52,203 nucleotides of DNA from an uncultured Bacteroidaceae bacterium (GTDB lineage Bacteria; Bacteroidota; Bacteroidia; Bacteroidales; P3): contig CAYTCD010000001.1 of assembly GCA_964436335.1 (NCBI GenBank), forward strand, positions 1 through 52,203, given 5' to 3'. Numbering within the stretch: the stretch's first letter is position 1; each line of letters opens with the position of its first letter. Under the pieces are notes generated by a model. It ran no database searches, was not told the DNA's origin, and saw only the letters and a program-made list of their open reading frames with translations. The position numbers and the translations under genes were made by a program. This document shows positions 48,308 to 52,203 of the stretch, in pieces.

Positions 48308-49704
48308 AAAACCTTATTCTTTCCCATCTGCCTTTTTCGCCCACCTGCGGACAAAGGGAACTGGTGGAGGCCCTCAGTGCCTTTATCATCCGGTTCCGGT
48401 CGGAGGTGGGTTTTGTTTTGCAGGGCTATGCGGGAACGGGCAAAACCTCCGTTATCGGGGCTTTGGTAAAGGCTTTGCCCGCTCTCAACATCACGCCCGT
48501 TCTGTTGGCGCCCACCGGACGGGCGGCAAAAGTTCTCTCCGCGCATGCGGGCGCACCCGCCTACACCATCCACAAGCAGATTTATTACAGTCAGTCTTCC
48601 GAAGAAGGAACGATAAAGACCGCCCTGCGCCACAACCGTTCCCGCAATACGCTTTACATTGTAGATGAAGCTTCGATGCTGGGCGAAGAAGCCGCGCTTT
48701 TAGACGACTTTTTCCGCTACGTGGGTACCGGTTACCGTTGCCGCGCGCTGATGCTGGGCGACACGGCGCAGCTACCGCCCGTAGGTTCGCCCTACAGCCC
48801 CGCTTTAGAAACGGAATATCTCCAATCGACCTATCCTTTCGATTTTCTGTTTTTCCGGCTCGAAGAAGTGTTGCGGCAAGCTCAGGATTCGTTGGTATTG
48901 GAAAACGCCACAACCCTGCGCCGCCATATCGCAGACCAGAACATCTCCTTACCGCTCTTTCACCTGCATTCTTCTACCCATAAAAAAGATCTGATCCGGC
49001 TTTGCGGCGAAGATCTCGAAGAAACGCTGCAAAACGAATACGGAAAACGCGAAAAAGAAGACATTGTCTTTATTACCCGTTCCAACAAACTCGCCAACCT
49101 GTTCAACAACGAAATCCGGGCACGTATCTTTTGCAGCGAAGGCGAAATCGCGGCGGGTGAATTGTTGATGGTGCTCAAGAACAATTACTATTGGTTGCCG
49201 GATACTTCAAAGGCCGGATTTATCGCCAACGGTGATATGATAGAGGTTTTGAAAGTGAAACGGAGAGAAGAACTATACGGCTTCCGTTTTGCCGATATAG
49301 AGGCGCGGCTGGTGGATTATCCCGATGAACCCCCTTTGGAACTTAAAATAATGCTGGATGCCTTGCAGGTGGAAGCCGCTTCGCTGCCCTATTCCCGTAT
49401 CCGCAATCTTTTTGAGCAAGTGCTGGCCGACTATGCGCACCTGCCCACTAAGGCCCAACGTATGGAGGAGGTACGTAAGAATCCTTACTTTAACGCGCTT
49501 CAGGTAAAATACGCCTATGCGCTCACCTGCCACAAGACCCAAGGCGGGCAGTGGCCCTGTGTGTTTATCGAACAGGGATATTTTACCGACGATATGTTCG
49601 ATACCGAATATCTGCGCTGGCTCTACACCGCCTTGACCCGTACCGTGGAAAAGGCCTATCTGCTTAATTTCTCCGACAAGTTTTTCGAAGAAGGGCGGAA
49701 TTAG
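48277..49704 (+). CDS. RecD/Pif1-like ATP-dependent DNA helicase (AAA_30 / UvrD_C_2 type)
   Basis: It has Walker A GYAGTGKTS, LYIVDEASML, and a C-terminal ALTCHKTQGGQWPCVFI ... LYTALTRTVEKAYLL. The preferred start is ATG 48277 (MAGKFGSREIENL..); the track start is 48229. Confidence 0.8.
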   Translation: MAGKFGSREIENLILSHLPFSPTCGQRELVEALSAFIIRFRSEVGFVLQGYAGTGKTSVIGALVKALPALNITPVLLAPTGRAAKVLSAHAGAPAYTIHKQIYYSQSSEEGTIKTALRHNRSRNTLYIVDEASMLGEEAALLDDFFRYVGTGYRCRALMLGDTAQLPPVGSPYSPALETEYLQSTYPFDFLFFRLEEVLRQAQDSLVLENATTLRRHIADQNISLPLFHLHSSTHKKDLIRLCGEDLEETLQNEYGKREKEDIVFITRSNKLANLFNNEIRARIFCSEGEIAAGELLMVLKNNYYWLPDTSKAGFIANGDMIEVLKVKRREELYGFRFADIEARLVDYPDEPPLELKIMLDALQVEAASLPYSRIRNLFEQVLADYAHLPTKAQRMEEVRKNPYFNALQVKYAYALTCHKTQGGQWPCVFIEQGYFTDDMFDTEYLRWLYTALTRTVEKAYLLNFSDKFFEEGRN

Positions 49705-49765
49705 GTGAATCTCGCTATTTTTGCGGGGTGAACCGCCGTATGGAACGGCATCAAAACAAACCGCC

Positions 49766-50941
49766 ATGAAACCGCTCACCAAAGAACTACTGGAAAATCT
49801 GCCCAATCCGTGTTATGTTCTCGACAAAAACCTGCTCGAAAAAAACCTGACCCTGATTCGGGATGTAGCCGATACAACGGGGGTGGAAATCATTCTGGCC
49901 CTGAAGGGGTTTTCGATGTGGAGCGCGTTTGAAACGCTCAATAAAGCCGGTTTTTGTCAGGCTACGGCAAGTTCTCTGTGGGAAGCCCGTCTGGCTTTGG
50001 AAGAAATGGGAAGACCTGCCTATACCTACGCCGTAACCTACACCGATGAAGAGATAGCGGAAATCGCTTCGCTCAGCAGCCATCTCACCTTTAACTCCAT
50101 GCACCAGTTCCACCGCTTTTCCGGCGCGGCACGGACGGCCAACCGTGCGGTCTCTTTCGGAATACGTGTCAATCCCGAACTTTCTTCGGTGGGAGTGGAT
50201 TTATACAATCCCTGTGTGCCCGGTTCACGTTTGGGCGTACGGCTATGTGCCCTGCCGCCGGTAAATGAAATGCCCGAAGCACTGAAGGGTTTCCACTGCC
50301 ATGCACTCTGCGAGTCGGATGCAGAAGCCTCCTGCAATCTTATAGACCGTTTTGAAGAAAAGTTTTCCGCTTATCTGCCGCATCTGGAATGGGTCAATTT
50401 TGGCGGCGGACACCTGATGACCCGTAAGGGTTATGATGTGGAAAAACTAAAACGGAGATTGATCTCCTTTCGCGAAAAATGGCCGCACCTGCACGTGATT
50501 CTCGAGCCGGGCGCGGCTTTTGTATGGGAAACGGGCTATCTGCTGGCACGGGTGGAAGATGTGGTGGAAAACGGTGGAACACCGGTGGCAATCATGAACG
50601 TTTCGTTTACCGCCCACATGCCCGATTGTCTGGAACAGCCTTATATGCCCAAGGTCTATGATGCCGAGGTGGCCGATGACAAGCATCCGCGGAACGGCGG
50701 CTTCCGTTGCCGTCTGGGGGGGAACAGTTGCCTTGCGGGCGATTTCTTGGGCGACTGGATTTTTGAGAAGAAAGTCCGTACAGGCGATATTCTGCTATTT
50801 AACGATATGATACACTATACTTTCGTAAAGACCACCACTTTCAACGGGGTAAAGCATCCTTCGCTGTGTATTGTGCAAGGTAACGATATCCTCTACCGCC
50901 GCGATTTCGAATACGGCGACTTTAAATCAAGGCTTTCGTAA
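49766..50941 (+). CDS. nspC: Carboxynorspermidine/carboxyspermidine decarboxylase
   Basis: It starts MKPLTKELLENLPNPCYVLDKNLLEKNL.. and has ILALKGFSMW (the PLP Lys region) and NFGGGH. The length and motifs fit NspC. The track ORF starts 15 codons earlier, at 49721. Confidence 0.8.
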   Translation: MKPLTKELLENLPNPCYVLDKNLLEKNLTLIRDVADTTGVEIILALKGFSMWSAFETLNKAGFCQATASSLWEARLALEEMGRPAYTYAVTYTDEEIAEIASLSSHLTFNSMHQFHRFSGAARTANRAVSFGIRVNPELSSVGVDLYNPCVPGSRLGVRLCALPPVNEMPEALKGFHCHALCESDAEASCNLIDRFEEKFSAYLPHLEWVNFGGGHLMTRKGYDVEKLKRRLISFREKWPHLHVILEPGAAFVWETGYLLARVEDVVENGGTPVAIMNVSFTAHMPDCLEQPYMPKVYDAEVADDKHPRNGGFRCRLGGNSCLAGDFLGDWIFEKKVRTGDILLFNDMIHYTFVKTTTFNGVKHPSLCIVQGNDILYRRDFEYGDFKSRLS

Positions 50942-51845
50942 GCGTAGCCCCACAGCTCAAAGTGATGGCCACATAATCCTCCACGCTCAGTTCTTCGGCT
51001 CGTTTAGCCAACAGATCCTGCGGAAGGCGGCTCAAGGGAACTCCCATCTCTTCTTCTATGGTTTTGAGTGCATTGCGCAGGGTCTTGCGTCTTTGGTTGA
51101 ACGCTTTCTTAACCAATGCCGTAAACATCTTTTCATCGCAACCCAGTTTGTCGCGACTATTGCGGACAAGCCGGATCACACAGGAGCGGACCTGCGGTGG
51201 CGGAAGAAATTCATCAGGCTCAACGGTAAAAAGATATTCGGTCTGATAAAAAGCCTGAAGGAGCACGCTCAAGATGCCGTAAGCCTTGGTGGCCGGACGG
51301 GCGCAGACACGTTCCCCCACTTCTTTCTGGAACATGCCCGTCACCAACGGAATCCGCGCCTTGTTTTCCAATACGCGGAAAAGTATCTGATTGGAGATAT
51401 TGTAAGGGAAATTGCCTACCAATATAAATTCTTCGCCACCGAAAAGCGTGTCGAGGTTCATTTTGAGAAAATCGGCAGGGAAAAGCCTGCCGTTCCCTAC
51501 CCTTTCAGGAAAATGCGAGGCGAGGTACACCACCGATTCGGGATCTATTTCCACCAGATTCACGTTCAGGGAAGGATCTTCCCACAAACAGCCGCTCAAG
51601 ATGCCCATACCGGGACCTATTTCCAATACATTGGACGGGCGGGCGGCGGCGAACTCCGAGGCATCGTGGCTGAGACCGCCGGCAACAAGGCGGTCAAGGC
51701 TGCCGTCAGGCATCAGGACAGGACGGTATCCGGCATGTACGCCGCGGGCAATGACCCGGGCTATGTCGGTGCTTTTAAGAAAATGCTGGCCCAGACTTTT
51801 CTTGGCGCTTACCTTGTCGCTGTTCTTACGGTATTTCGGTTTCAT
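50922..51845 (-). CDS. rsmA: 16S rRNA (adenine1518/1519-N6)-dimethyltransferase
   Basis: Motifs are KKSLGQHFL, LEIGPGMG, GNFPYNIS, KAYGILSV and AFNQRRKTLRN. Its 3' end overlaps the nspC 3' end by 20 nt (convergent genes). Confidence 0.9.
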   Translation of the reverse strand: MKPKYRKNSDKVSAKKSLGQHFLKSTDIARVIARGVHAGYRPVLMPDGSLDRLVAGGLSHDASEFAAARPSNVLEIGPGMGILSGCLWEDPSLNVNLVEIDPESVVYLASHFPERVGNGRLFPADFLKMNLDTLFGGEEFILVGNFPYNISNQILFRVLENKARIPLVTGMFQKEVGERVCARPATKAYGILSVLLQAFYQTEYLFTVEPDEFLPPPQVRSCVIRLVRNSRDKLGCDEKMFTALVKKAFNQRRKTLRNALKTIEEEMGVPLSRLPQDLLAKRAEELSVEDYVAITLSCGATLTKALI

Positions 51846-51883
51846 TTTTCTTGCGGATTTTTAAAGAATGACAAAACGTCCCG

Positions 51884-52203
51884 CTACATCCTGTCTCCCC
51901 TCAAGGCACGGTAACGTTGCCGCGCCAGAGGCACGAGAGAAGAAGATTTGTAGTCGATAAACAGTTTTTGATAAAGCTGCATGGCGGCTTCTTTGTCTTG
52001 TTCCCTCTCAACTTCACTACGGTTGCCGAACAAGGGTGAATCCGATGCGGGAAACCGAAAATCACCCGCATAACCGGCGGGATCGGCCGCAAAACCTGCC
52101 CGCAGCTGCAAAAGCGTGGCGGCGGCAAATAAAGCGTCGTCAACCAGCAAATCGTCTTCCTCGCTTTCATAAACCTTCTGCAACCAATACAAACAACGGT
52201 CTA
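51884..52203 (-). CDS. Hypothetical protein, 3' portion only (the ORF is open to the right window edge)
   Basis: The reverse frame is open from 52203 to the stop at 51884. The track starts it at a TTG (52192), but upstream codons are also open. No motif was recognised. Confidence 0.4.
   Translation of the reverse strand, partial: DRCLYWLQKVYESEEDDLLVDDALFAAATLLQLRAGFAADPAGYAGDFRFPASDSPLFGNRSEVEREQDKEAAMQLYQKLFIDYKSSSLVPLARQRYRALRGDRM

Noticed and set aside
41115-51914. Antisense ORFs opposite housekeeping genes: 41115..41720, 42278..42754, 42696..43208, 44279..44701, 44786..45364, 45455..45991, 46667..47329, 48172..48633, 49273..49806 and forward 50871..51914.
   Set aside because: Each lies fully inside a confidently identified gene on the other strand (nadK, the OM protein, uppS, bamA, ompH, galE/helicase, helicase/nspC, rsmA). 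None has recognisable motifs, so they are shadow ORFs.
1-52203. Mobile-element hallmarks or RNA genes that might bound the surface-protein block (transposase, integrase, tRNA, direct repeats, rRNA).
   Set aside because: I recognised none by eye on either strand. Whether 1-40789 is accessory therefore cannot be decided from this window and needs comparative genomics.

Overview
This window looks like Bacteroidota chromosome: it has a T9SS C-terminal sorting domain, TAnnTTTG-type promoter boxes and uppS-bamA-ompH-ompH synteny. The dominant feature is missing from the supplied ORF track. Coordinates 1-31754 form one uninterrupted reverse-strand reading frame of at least 10,584 codons, with a probable TTG start at 31754 and a 3' end beyond the left edge. 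It encodes a giant secreted repeat protein with these parts, N- to C-terminal: a hydrophobic signal/anchor, 14 exact 21-residue GGIGDGH repeats, then roughly a hundred Cys-containing Ig-like modules. The modules include SprB-type repeats, four dispersed paralogous lectin-like inserts, a recent internal duplication, and an AT-rich four-Cys repeat tail. All long forward ORFs listed across 879-31544 are its codon-aligned antisense shadows. Directly upstream and co-oriented are two paralogous secreted FGE/SUMF1-fold proteins (630 and 546 aa) that lack the catalytic cysteine pair. Together these three genes form a candidate surface-adhesin module, which I consider the most interesting thing here. 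It resembles sprC-sprD-sprB by position, and the fold resembles GldJ/GldK, but neither homology is tested. The rest of the window holds a DUF3078-like outer-membrane protein with a clean intrinsic terminator, a divergent 1,269-aa T9SS cargo protein, and a housekeeping block. That block is nadK, an OM beta-barrel-like protein, uppS, bamA, two OmpH/Skp-like chaperones, galE, a RecD-like helicase, nspC, convergent rsmA and an edge-truncated ORF. I saw no rRNA, tRNA, CRISPR, transposase or integrase. All calls come from reading the sequence and remembered family motifs; no searches were run.
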